From the NCBI GenBank assembly GCA_016839515.1, contig JAEOUE010000056.1, forward strand, positions 1 through 40,457: a stretch of 40,457 nucleotides of DNA, given 5' to 3'. The notes beneath the pieces are model-generated. The model made no database searches. It was given only the letters and a program-made list of their open reading frames with translations, and was not told the DNA's origin. This stretch comes from Candidatus Hodarchaeum mangrovi. Its GTDB lineage: Archaea > Asgardarchaeota > Heimdallarchaeia > Hodarchaeales > Hodarchaeaceae. Numbering within the stretch: position 1 is the first letter of the stretch; every line of letters begins with the position of its first letter. The position numbers were made by a program, and so were the translations under genes. Positions 8,903 through 18,495 of the stretch are shown in pieces.

Positions 8903-10201
8903 TTAGAATCTTACCTGATTTGTCCTTGATGCTTTCCAATAGAAAAATTGTTTAGGGACAATTTTAATGATTGTTCTACTTACAATTGGTAATGCTTGCC
9001 AAGCACGAGGGATTTTTTCATGATATCTCCGATAATAATTAATATAATTAGGGTATTTTCGTAGAAAAAGCATAAAAACTCGAATTAGAATAGGGGAAAA
9101 TAATAAACCGAAAAAAAGTCCAGTTTTCGAATCATGACCATATATTTTGGACCGTCCCATTATTTGAACTCCAAAACTTTGTGTTATATCCTTCTTCTCC
9201 TTTGAATCAATGAAAAGAGTAATTTTATTCCTTTTATGAAGATTCCTAACTTTCTTACTGCTAAGAGATGTCGAAATGAAAAAATCTCTACCATCAAATA
9301 TAAAAAGAGTAGGAGTTACATGTGGTATTTTATTCGATGAACTCAGAGAGATTGTTCCTATTTGTGCAAAGTTAGAATTCCGAATGAGGGTTAATAAGCC
9401 GTCAGGAATGGCCCGAACATAGAGAATACGGAGGTAAATTATATTCATTATGGATAACAAGAAAGAAAAAAGGACATAAGCTAGTAACATAAACAATAGA
9501 AAAGGATCTAAAAAGCCTAAAGGTATTAGAGTAAAACCACTAGCAATTGCTAAAAAATGAACTATATCTGAGTTTTCCAAACTTCTAATATCAGTTGCAG
9601 AAAAATGAGGTTTTAATAAAGGATTTTTCAAATAACGGGCAAGAATAAAATCACGACGAAGTTGAATGAAAATTATAAAAATCGAGAGACCTAGTCTGTA
9701 GCAAACATCAAATGTCATCAAGAAAATAAAAAAAATTAGCAAAGGAGGAAGAGAATTAAGGGATAATTCGTTTTGAATATAGGAAAGAATGTTATTCAGT
9801 CCAAAGGAAGTTGAAGAAAAAAAATATGTTAATACAACCAGAAAAACGAAAATACTAATGACGATAGATGAGGGATGGAATAAATATTCCAAAAATTCCA
9901 CATGAAATTTTTTTGTCACACTATTAAGGCGTTCAATTTCGACATTTCTTAATTTTTTCGCATATTTAAAGATACTAATAGTCCATAAAAAGAGACCAAA
10001 GGCACCACATACACCCGCGAATAAATAGATAAAGGGAATTTTATAAACAAAATATAGGGTTAGGCCCAATATGAAGTAAATTAATAGTAAAAGGAAAACA
10101 TTAAAAGGAGGTTTTAACCGACTAAATGGCCAAGTTCCCTCAAAAACATGCTCTTGTAAAAATTTATACTTTTTGGGGGGCTGCATTAACCCTAATTTCA
10201 C
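8903..10201 (-). CDS. Multi-pass membrane protein fused to a C-terminal PNPOx-like split-barrel domain
   Basis: About 5-6 TM helices in the first ~260 aa, then AQIGTI...PHVTPTLFIFDG...SKKVRNL...ITLFID...GVQIMG...IIKIVPKQFFYW. Confidence 0.78.
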   Translation of the reverse strand: MKLGLMQPPKKYKFLQEHVFEGTWPFSRLKPPFNVFLLLLIYFILGLTLYFVYKIPFIYLFAGVCGAFGLFLWTISIFKYAKKLRNVEIERLNSVTKKFHVEFLEYLFHPSSIVISIFVFLVVLTYFFSSTSFGLNNILSYIQNELSLNSLPPLLIFFIFLMTFDVCYRLGLSIFIIFIQLRRDFILARYLKNPLLKPHFSATDIRSLENSDIVHFLAIASGFTLIPLGFLDPFLLFMLLAYVLFSFLLSIMNIIYLRILYVRAIPDGLLTLIRNSNFAQIGTISLSSSNKIPHVTPTLFIFDGRDFFISTSLSSKKVRNLHKRNKITLFIDSKEKKDITQSFGVQIMGRSKIYGHDSKTGLFFGLLFSPILIRVFMLFLRKYPNYINYYRRYHEKIPRAWQALPIVSRTIIKIVPKQFFYWKASRTNQVRF

Positions 10202-10343
10202 AGGTTATTTGTCTCCTTACAATTGAATCCTATTGCTTATTTTTTATTTTTATTATTAAAAAATCCTACTTGAAAGGTTTTCGATGTTTTTTATTAACCT
10301 TGGTTTTTATTTAAATAATCTAAAATTGATACTTATTAAAAGA

Positions 10344-11171
10344 TCAATGGATTTCAGGTTCTTCAAGTGGAAATCCGATCATTTCCTTGATAATTTCTTG
10401 CTCATTATTAAAATGCCCAGCACCAACTTTTAAGGCATAAAAAGCTTCAGCCATTTCAATTTTTCCATTAGAAAGAGATCCCTGAGCTTGAGCAACCATA
10501 TTTAACAATGATTCTAATCCTTCACGTAATTTTTTCTTTATCTCATCACTTAAATGCGTTGGGTCAGCTCCTTCAACGAATAGGTCGGCTAACATCTCTA
10601 CTTGAGATCTATGACAAAGAATGGCTTCTATCTTTTTATTAAAGGTCTTTGAGATATCAACAAGACGATTGGGTTTATGTTCCATAGGTGTCATAAACCA
10701 AATTTCTTTAGGTTGGTGAGGTTCCAATCCTTCTTTTAGATGGTCAGGGTATAGTAATGGAAAACATGAAAAAACAGCTGCTTCTGACGCTATTTTTCCT
10801 ATCGAAATATGATCTGGATGAGGTTCATATGTTTTCCATGGATCAAGAGTGACAATCCTATTAGGTTTTAGCTTTCTAAACCAATACACCAATTGTTCTT
10901 TTAGTTCATCAGGATGTTTTTGAATTAAACCATCTGGAAAATTAAGAAAAATGGGCTCATTTGCTCCAAAAACTTTCATTGCTTCTTTTAACTCGTTTTT
11001 ACGCATATTCGCAAGGTTTTGGGACGTGATGAATTTATCTCGTGTCCCTAGGTCTCCATTAGTTGCACAAATTGCATAAACATCATGACCATCTTCGACC
11101 CATTTAGCTAAAGAGCCTCCAGCAAGAAATTCAGCATCATCAGGATGTGCATAAGTAAAAACTATAATCAT
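10344..11171 (-). CDS. PIG-L/LmbE family deacetylase
   Basis: AHPDDAE, TNGD.G, R..E...A, FPDG, HPDH and HRSQ motifs. Confidence 0.92.
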   Translation of the reverse strand: MIIVFTYAHPDDAEFLAGGSLAKWVEDGHDVYAICATNGDLGTRDKFITSQNLANMRKNELKEAMKVFGANEPIFLNFPDGLIQKHPDELKEQLVYWFRKLKPNRIVTLDPWKTYEPHPDHISIGKIASEAAVFSCFPLLYPDHLKEGLEPHQPKEIWFMTPMEHKPNRLVDISKTFNKKIEAILCHRSQVEMLADLFVEGADPTHLSDEIKKKLREGLESLLNMVAQAQGSLSNGKIEMAEAFYALKVGAGHFNNEQEIIKEMIGFPLEEPEIH

Positions 11172-11305
11172 TAAATTCTTCTCCTATCCAGTGTATTTCT
11201 TGTTTATTTCAAAAAGAATTTTCTAAGATAAATTTTTAATCTATTCTTTGTATCATCTTAAAATAAGGGGAAGAGTAAAATGACCGCGATAGGAAATTTC
11301 TTTAC

Positions 11306-12682
11306 TCAGAGTGCATCAATTACGTTTCTATTAACTCGATTGATGATTAAATATAGAAAAGAGACAGTAATGAAGCTAATAAGGGAAAAAGCAACAAATA
11401 GATTAACAAAACCCCATTGTTCTAAGATTGTACCAACAGAAAAATATGCAAGCATCATAATAAATGAGTTAATCGATCCTCGCATTGACTGCTGACTTGC
11501 TCGTTTTTGCGGATCAGTATAATCATATACAAGATTAAAGAAGGCAGAATATAATAAAACCATTATAAGAATTCTTAAGATATAGATACAGAAAAAAAAG
11601 GTCACTTTAAGATCAATGGCTAAATCTAATTCTAAAATAATGGAGATCAAAAGCCATGAAAGTGGGTATGTAATAAACATCGATAATACATATATCTTTG
11701 AGGGATTCTTGAATAATTCCATAACTCTTTTAGACAATCGTGTGGTAAACATTGATACTAAATTCCCTGTAGATCGCATGCTTGTTAAAACAAGTAAAGT
11801 AACACCTAGTTCAAAATTTAAAAGAGGTGAAAATAACATAGAGTTAAAAATATAAGACATAGAATCCGTTATAGTCACTAAAACGATTATAACTATGAAA
11901 ATTAGCATCCGTTCATCAAAGTATTCATTTAGAAAGGACTTTATTCTGCTAGATATTTTTTTCATACCTTTTAATTCAGAACGGGCTTGTTCCTCATTAC
12001 TTTGTGTCATCTTTTCATCTGTTATCCAAAAGAATCCAAATAAAATGCCAAATACTTGAAAAATAATCTGAATAACAAAAATGGAAAAAGCAATATCTTG
12101 ATCTATAAATTTAGTATCCCCTAATGCCACCCCAGACAAAAAGATAAATAAAACAACTAATGCTGAATAAATAAATAAGGCATTAGACATAATACCTCCA
12201 ATTTTAGGGATTTTTTGTTTTCGATTTTCTTCTGTCTCTAATCCTTGCCAAGTATCCATGTACCATGCATCAAATGAACCAGTCCCAAACGCATTACCAA
12301 TCCCTGAAATGATTTCAAGTAATAAAAACCCAGAAAAGGAATTAATAACCAATAATAATAGAAAATACAGACAATACATAAGTTGGGAAAGAATATATGA
12401 TAATCTTCGTCCAAAAATATCTGCAAAAAGGCCTAAAGGAAAATCAAGAAGAAAAGCTACCAATAAACCTGCAGAATAGACTATACCAAATTCATAATAA
12501 TTAATAAAATTTAGATACCATAAGGAGAGCCAGGCTTTACTTAAACTAAACCCACTTAATACAATAAGAAAAACTAAATATTTTAATGATAACTTTCTTA
12601 ACATAGAGGTCAGTTCATTGAATCCTAGGATTCGAAAAAAAATTCTGCTTATGAACCTCTCTCTCTTATTATTTTGATCCAC
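11306..12682 (-). CDS. MFS transporter
   Basis: About 12 TM helices; motif A-like PLGLFADIFGRR; SGIGNAFGTGSFDAW; GTG start after GGGAG. Confidence 0.88.
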   Translation of the reverse strand: MDQNNKRERFISRIFFRILGFNELTSMLRKLSLKYLVFLIVLSGFSLSKAWLSLWYLNFINYYEFGIVYSAGLLVAFLLDFPLGLFADIFGRRLSYILSQLMYCLYFLLLLVINSFSGFLLLEIISGIGNAFGTGSFDAWYMDTWQGLETEENRKQKIPKIGGIMSNALFIYSALVVLFIFLSGVALGDTKFIDQDIAFSIFVIQIIFQVFGILFGFFWITDEKMTQSNEEQARSELKGMKKISSRIKSFLNEYFDERMLIFIVIIVLVTITDSMSYIFNSMLFSPLLNFELGVTLLVLTSMRSTGNLVSMFTTRLSKRVMELFKNPSKIYVLSMFITYPLSWLLISIILELDLAIDLKVTFFFCIYILRILIMVLLYSAFFNLVYDYTDPQKRASQQSMRGSINSFIMMLAYFSVGTILEQWGFVNLFVAFSLISFITVSFLYLIINRVNRNVIDAL

Positions 12683-13478
12683 TTTTACTCCCTTGAAAGC
12701 AATGATTCATTAGATAACTTAAGATAATTTCATCAGGATAGTTTATAACACTCTTGGTCGATTTTGATCCGATTTACTTGTCATATCAAGCTATTTTTGG
12801 ATTATTTTTTCCTGTAACACCTTATTGACAATATCCGAAGAATGTTTTTTTGAGATCAAACTTTTCAACAGATTGGAAATATATCATATTAAGTTTACTT
12901 TGAAAAACAAATTCAGTCAGATAATCATAATATTGGTTTGAATTCATGTTAATGAATTTATCAAGAAATCACTTAATGTATCTCCTATGTAGTACGCATT
13001 AGCTAACGTTCATATGAACATTATGAACCGTTCACTAGAGAAATTGTACGCAAGTCTTATCTAAAAACCCTTTAAAATGGATTAAATCAAAAATATCAAA
13101 CAATAAAGCGTTTAAATACTGTTTAACTTACTCATAAAATATATTTTTAAATATGATTTATAGAAATAAAAATAACTGAATAATAAAAAGCTTAATAATC
13201 ATAATATCATTAAACATAATCTATTTGATTTTATGTTAAATTTTAAGAAGAGATTCATCTTTTAAAAACCTTTTAGTGCCTTAATTTGAACAAAATAATC
13301 TAAAAACTTTTATAAGTATGTTATTTCTATATTTGAAGATAGTTTATTAGTTATAATTTCGATTCTTCTTTAAATGATTAAAAATTAGCTTTATTCTTAT
13401 GAATTTCACCATAAAATTCTTTAAAACTCTTAAGTGTAACTGTATAATCAATTTATTAATTATTTATTTGATGAACAT

Positions 13479-14144
13479 TCAAATAACATATCGAAACTGA
13501 GTATCTCGGATGAAGATGGATATTTCTGCGGAAAGTTCTTTTAAAAGGGCATGAGCCTGAGCAGTTAATCCCAATCTGAGTATCATATTAAGAGCAAGGC
13601 TATTCAATAGGTCAACTATGAAGAATTCATTAAGAATAGTTTCCAGCCAATGTAGAAAAAAAAGCTGGAAAGGAGGGTGCTTATTTGAGGTAAAACAAAC
13701 TAAGTTTCTTTGTCCCAATCGATCCAATTGTTTCATCATCTGTAAACGAAGAAGACGGTTTTTTCCAAAATGAACGTGATAATCTTGTGCATTTTCTAAA
13801 TGTCTTTGTTGTAAATTAGAAAGCTCAATATTCAATTCACCTGAAATCCCTCTTATTACTTCTGAAATATTAAAATGAATTGTATAGGCTTGTTCAATTG
13901 AATCAAGAAGGCTTTGGAAAAGTTTTTTTAAGTCATAGACCACTTCACTTGTTGTATCGTCAGTATTTTGGAAACGACATCCCCCAAACAAAATAAGAGG
14001 CTCACGATTAGGAAAATCATTTTGATAATATAAAAAAGTTCTAGGTTCCTCAATAATAGCCATCGTGCTTGATTTATACTTGTGTGCATTCTTTTTGAAA
14101 GTATCTGAAAAATCTATCAGCATTTCTCCATGAATAATATTCAA
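13479..14144 (-). CDS. Hypothetical protein (no recognised domain)
   Basis: 221-codon ORF in AT-rich DNA with protein-like composition; start uncertain. Confidence 0.6.
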   Translation of the reverse strand: MNIIHGEMLIDFSDTFKKNAHKYKSSTMAIIEEPRTFLYYQNDFPNREPLILFGGCRFQNTDDTTSEVVYDLKKLFQSLLDSIEQAYTIHFNISEVIRGISGELNIELSNLQQRHLENAQDYHVHFGKNRLLRLQMMKQLDRLGQRNLVCFTSNKHPPFQLFFLHWLETILNEFFIVDLLNSLALNMILRLGLTAQAHALLKELSAEISIFIRDTQFRYVI

Positions 14145-14165
14145 CTTTTCAAATCTACATCAATA

Positions 14166-14215
14166 TTTTGAATTTTCAAAAATAATTGTACAAATTTGAA
14201 AGGATTGAATCCTTT
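14166..14215. promoter_or_regulatory. Cluster of palindromes in a divergent promoter region (candidate operator)
   Basis: TTTTGAA-TT-TTCAAAA (14166-14181), TTGTACAA and AAAGGATT-G-AATCCTTT (14199-14215) lie between divergent genes. Confidence 0.35.
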
Positions 14216-14262
14216 TATTCAATCCAGAACTTTTATCTATTAGTGAATAAAAAAATTCAATC

Positions 14263-15165
14263 ATGTTAACTGGTATTCATTTCTTATTAACTATGACCTG
14301 CAATTTTGAATGTAATCATTGTTTCTTGTATTGTAGTCCAAATTTTGAGGGAACTTTTACCCTAAGTCAGTTGAGAGCTGTTCATGAAGAAATGAGCAAA
14401 ATTGGGACAATTGAGATGGTTTATTATGAAGGAGGGGAGCCATTCCTTTATTATCCTGTGATGCTCGAAGGAATTAAAATGTCTCATGAGAGGGGATTTA
14501 AGACCGGTATTGTCTCTAACTCGTACTGGGCAACTTCTGAGGAAGATGCAGAGCTATGGTTGAAACCTCTCCTTGATCTAGGAATATCAGATGTAAGTAT
14601 AAGTAATGATGTCTTTCATCATGGAGAAGCTGTGGTGAATCCAGCTACTAGAGCTTTAACTGCATTAAAGCGTCTGAATATCACTAGTGGGGATATATGT
14701 ATCCAAGCACCATCATTAGACTTAGAAAAAACCCAAGAAAAAGGTGAACCAGTGATTGGAGGCGGGGCAATGTTCAGGGGAAGAGCTGTTGAGAAACTAA
14801 TTACAGATGAATTGCCACGAAAGCATTGGGAAGTGTTCACAGAGTGTCCTTATGAAGAATTAGAAGCTCCTGCAAGAGTTCATCTTGATCCTCTTGGAAA
14901 TATTCATCTTTGTCAAGGACTAAGTATGGGAAATATGTGGGAAGTTCCTCTTGCAGAACTAGTAAAAATTTATGATGCAATGGCACATCCTATCTGTGGA
15001 CCTCTCGTAAAGGGGGGCCCTGCAGAATTAGCAAGAAAATATAATCTTGAGCATGAGGAACAATATGTTGATGCTTGTCACTTTTGTTACTTGATGCGAA
15101 AAGCTCTAATTGATAAATTCCCTGAATACTTAGCTCCTAGACAAGTGTACGGATTTAATGAGTAA
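14263..15165 (+). CDS. Radical SAM protein with C-terminal Cys-rich (SPASM/twitch-like) region
   Basis: CNFECNHC cluster motif, EGGEPFL, SNSYWA, GRA, plus further Cys in ECPY, HLCQG, PICG and ACHFC. Confidence 0.92.
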   Translation: MLTGIHFLLTMTCNFECNHCFLYCSPNFEGTFTLSQLRAVHEEMSKIGTIEMVYYEGGEPFLYYPVMLEGIKMSHERGFKTGIVSNSYWATSEEDAELWLKPLLDLGISDVSISNDVFHHGEAVVNPATRALTALKRLNITSGDICIQAPSLDLEKTQEKGEPVIGGGAMFRGRAVEKLITDELPRKHWEVFTECPYEELEAPARVHLDPLGNIHLCQGLSMGNMWEVPLAELVKIYDAMAHPICGPLVKGGPAELARKYNLEHEEQYVDACHFCYLMRKALIDKFPEYLAPRQVYGFNE

Positions 15166-15518
15166 CCATTCCCAAGTAATAATGTATATCTTTGCAGGTT
15201 TCTCCTATATTTAATCAGTTCTTTCTTGATCTTGAACTTAGAAATTAGTCTACTTTTCAATTCTTCTTTTCAACCACAGAATAAATATTTTCTTTCTTCC
15301 TTCAACAATTATCATAAACTGAGTTCATATTTTTCTTCGACATGAAGGATTCTTTTCTACCAACCTAAGAATTAATCATGATCTATTCCTTTCATATGAT
15401 AGGTCAATAAATACATTTTTTTAATTAAATATAAAAAAAAATTTTAAAAAATAAATTAATAAAATAATTATTTCAGCCATACAAATCAGATATTTAACTG
15501 TAATTAGTTGGAAGTAGT

Positions 15519-16751
15519 ATGTTTTTCAGGATTTTGAGAAAATCTTTTCTAAAAAGAAAAGGTAAAGTAATTATTGCAATAATAGCTGTTATAATGGGAG
15601 CAAGTATACCTTCAGCTATGTCAACAGTATCACTAGACATCAATGAGAAGATAGGTGCTGAATTTCGAAAATTTGGAGCTAATTTATTAATTGTTCCAAA
15701 ATCAGACACAATAGATGTCGGAATTGGAGATATCAGCCTTTCAAGTATTACAAACCAACGTTATATCAATGAATCTGATATATATAAAATAAAAGAAATC
15801 AATTGGTCTAGGAATGTACTAGGATACTCCCCTTTTCTATACCAAGTGATAACAGCAAGTGCTAATGGACAAGAGCAACAAGTTGTGCTAACAGGAACAT
15901 GGTTTGATAAAAACATAACATTAAAGGGAGGTGAAACATTCACCACAGGTGTAAAGCGAATCAATAGTTGGTGGTGGAACATTAAAGGGGATTGGATTAA
16001 CGATCTTGATTCGCTAGGTTCTGAGTATTTTGAATGCATGATTGGTAGAACCGTTGCTGAAAAAATGAATTTAAAACTAGAGGATACATTTACAATAACA
16101 TATAACCAAGAAAATACAATTATGCTTGAAGTAAAAGGGATAATTACAACAGGGGGAACAGAAGATAATCATATTTTTTTACCTTTATTTATAGTCCAAA
16201 ATCTTAGTCTTCATCAAAACAAAATTCATACAGTTCAGGTAAGCGCTTTATGCACTGGTTGTCCAATTGAAACTATAGCTTCCGAAATTGAAGCTGAAAT
16301 TAGCTATATTGAAGCTAAAACGATTTTACAGATGATAAATACTGAAATGAATATGCTAAGTAAGATTGAAATGATGATGGGGATTGTTACAATCATAGCA
16401 TTATTAGCTACAATTCTTGGAGTTAGTACAACTCTTACTACCTCTGTATTGGAACGAAGAACTGAAATAGGATTAATGAAAAGCATTGGTGCCGAAAATC
16501 GGAAAATTGCAATATTATTTTTCTCTGAATCGTTAATTATCGGAATTCTGGGAGGTTTCTTGGGTTTTATTTTTGGGATAATTGGTGCTCAATTTGTTGG
16601 AATGATTGTTTTCCAATCATTAGTATCTCCTCAACTTATAGTACTTCCAATAATTGTTGGAATCTCGAGTAGTGTATCATTAATTGCTTCTTTACTACCC
16701 GTTAGAAGAGCAATGCAAATTGAACCTGTTACAATTCTAAGAGGAGATTGA
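15519..16751 (+). CDS. FtsX/MacB-type ABC permease (Fet-like iron-associated)
   Basis: N-terminal TM, FGANLLIVPK, large extracellular domain, ERRTEIGLMKSIGA, three C-terminal TMs, P...LRG end. Confidence 0.9.
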   Translation: MFFRILRKSFLKRKGKVIIAIIAVIMGASIPSAMSTVSLDINEKIGAEFRKFGANLLIVPKSDTIDVGIGDISLSSITNQRYINESDIYKIKEINWSRNVLGYSPFLYQVITASANGQEQQVVLTGTWFDKNITLKGGETFTTGVKRINSWWWNIKGDWINDLDSLGSEYFECMIGRTVAEKMNLKLEDTFTITYNQENTIMLEVKGIITTGGTEDNHIFLPLFIVQNLSLHQNKIHTVQVSALCTGCPIETIASEIEAEISYIEAKTILQMINTEMNMLSKIEMMMGIVTIIALLATILGVSTTLTTSVLERRTEIGLMKSIGAENRKIAILFFSESLIIGILGGFLGFIFGIIGAQFVGMIVFQSLVSPQLIVLPIIVGISSSVSLIASLLPVRRAMQIEPVTILRGD

Positions 16752-17428
16752 AGAAAATCGGATTCATTGAAACTCAAAATTTAACAAAGATTTATGATAG
16801 AAATACGCAGGCATTAAGTAATGTAAGTATTTCTTTGGAAAAGGGAGACTGGACATCTATCATAGGCCCTTCTGGATCGGGAAAAACCACTTTATTAAAT
16901 TTAATTAGTTGTTTAGATAAACCAACAAAGGGCGAAATAATGATTGATGGAATTATTGTCTCAAACCTTGATCTATCACGTCTCACTAAGTTTAGACGAG
17001 AAAATTTCGGTTTAATCTTTCAACACCACTATTTGGTCCCTTATTTAAGTGCTGTAGAAAATGTAATGTTAGCAATGTATTATCATAGCACTGTAGATGA
17101 AAATAAGGCAGTTAAAGCTTTAGAAAAGGTTGGTCTTAATCATCGATTAAACCATAAGCCATCAAAATTGTCTGGGGGTGAACAACAACGGGTATGTATT
17201 GCTCGAGCACTTATCAATAATCCTCAAATCTTAATGGCAGATGAACCTACTGGGAATTTAGATCAAAAAAATGGATGTAAAGTTTTAGATTTAATAAAAC
17301 AGTTACACGAGGAAGGACATACTATTCTTCTTGTGACTCATAATATGGAAATCGCAAGACTAGGTAATCGTATTTTACAAATTATTGATGGAAAAGTAAC
17401 GAATAATCATCAAACATATGGAGAATAA
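16748..17428 (+). CDS. ABC ATP-binding protein (LolD/MacB-like)
   Basis: GPSGSGKT, LSGGEQQRV, ILMADEPTGNLD, VTH; TTGA start/stop overlap with the permease. Confidence 0.95.
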   Translation: MKKIGFIETQNLTKIYDRNTQALSNVSISLEKGDWTSIIGPSGSGKTTLLNLISCLDKPTKGEIMIDGIIVSNLDLSRLTKFRRENFGLIFQHHYLVPYLSAVENVMLAMYYHSTVDENKAVKALEKVGLNHRLNHKPSKLSGGEQQRVCIARALINNPQILMADEPTGNLDQKNGCKVLDLIKQLHEEGHTILLVTHNMEIARLGNRILQIIDGKVTNNHQTYGE

Positions 17429-17951
17429 AAAATTGACTGAAAAAACAAAATTACCACAATCAGAATCTCATTCGCAACAAAATGGACAAAAATTTAGCAA
17501 TAAACAGTTTTTCTTTACAATAATTATAATTACAATTTTAAGCACCGTTTTTATCCTTTCCATGCAAAGAAACAATGCAACATCACTCAAAGCTCCTATT
17601 TCAGGCGAAAATATTAAAATAAAGGTCTCTTCTATAAGTGAACAGGCTAAATATTATTATTATGATAAAGATAGTGTACGGATTAAGTTTTTTGTGGTAA
17701 TAGGATATGATAATAAAATTCATGTCGCGTTTGATGCCTGTGATGTCTGTTATGCAGAGAAAAAAGGTTATAAACAAATGGATGCCATCATGGTATGCAA
17801 TAATTGTGGGAAACAATTTAACATTGTTGGAATAGGCACAGACAATCTTACAGGAGGCTGTTGGCCCTCTTATCTTCCACTTACTATTTCAACAGATGCT
17901 ATTTACATCAAGATTACTGATATTATCGATAAAAAATATCTGTTTGTATAA
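17418..17951 (+). CDS. DUF2318 / FtrD-like membrane-anchored Cys-rich (Fe-S-like) protein
   Basis: Single TM, then FDACDVC...GYKQ...VCNNCG...GGCWP; overlaps the ATPase stop. Confidence 0.85.
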   Translation: MENKKLTEKTKLPQSESHSQQNGQKFSNKQFFFTIIIITILSTVFILSMQRNNATSLKAPISGENIKIKVSSISEQAKYYYYDKDSVRIKFFVVIGYDNKIHVAFDACDVCYAEKKGYKQMDAIMVCNNCGKQFNIVGIGTDNLTGGCWPSYLPLTISTDAIYIKITDIIDKKYLFV

Positions 17952-18495
17952 TTTAATCAGGAAGTTTTTTGATGCTTACATTTCTACTCCTTTTGTTATC
18001 ATCTGAGATATTTTGTTCAATAAGATATTCTTTCAACGTAAAGATATAGTATGAAAAGAAATATTGCAGTTTAATGCCCTGATAATAAGTAGTGTATCAA
18101 ATAGAGATTCTTTTCTTGTTATTTCAGAGTCTTTATAAACTCCAAGGAAATTTTTTGTAGATAATAATTCCCCTGAGTTATAATCAAATCCAATACACTG
18201 TTATCGCTTTGATCTCTTTTGGTTTCATAATTATTAGTTTTTATTTACATTCAAAATGACTAAATTTTGGATGTATTTTATGTTTTACTTTCTATTTTCT
18301 TTTAAAAATGAAACTGTTGGTCAAAAAACCTCCAGAATTCTATTATAGCAAGTTAGAATTCTTAAATATTTATTATAAAATTTTAACTTTTCTATTTCTC
18401 TGCCTAGATAGAAAATTATAAATTCAAGGGAAGGGTCTTTAATTATCACTATACGACTGAAAGAAAGATATTAAGAAGAAATTGAGACTATTAGT

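Noticed and set aside
12790-12947. 41-aa minus-strand ORF (MNSNQYYDYLTEF...) with a possible frameshifted tail
   Set aside because: No recognisable homology or well-placed RBS; it could be a remnant but cannot be supported.
12991-13018. dif/Xer-like site (AGTACGCATTA resembles a XerC arm)
   Set aside because: There is no matching second arm at 6-bp spacing; kept only as part of the generic palindrome cluster.
13060-13478. Replication origin
   Set aside because: AT-rich, but no ORB/G-string repeats and no cdc6/orc1 gene in the window.
15166-15400. Lys/Glu-rich broken minus-strand frames (EELKSRLISKFKIKKE...)
   Set aside because: Too fragmentary to assign as a pseudogene by eye.
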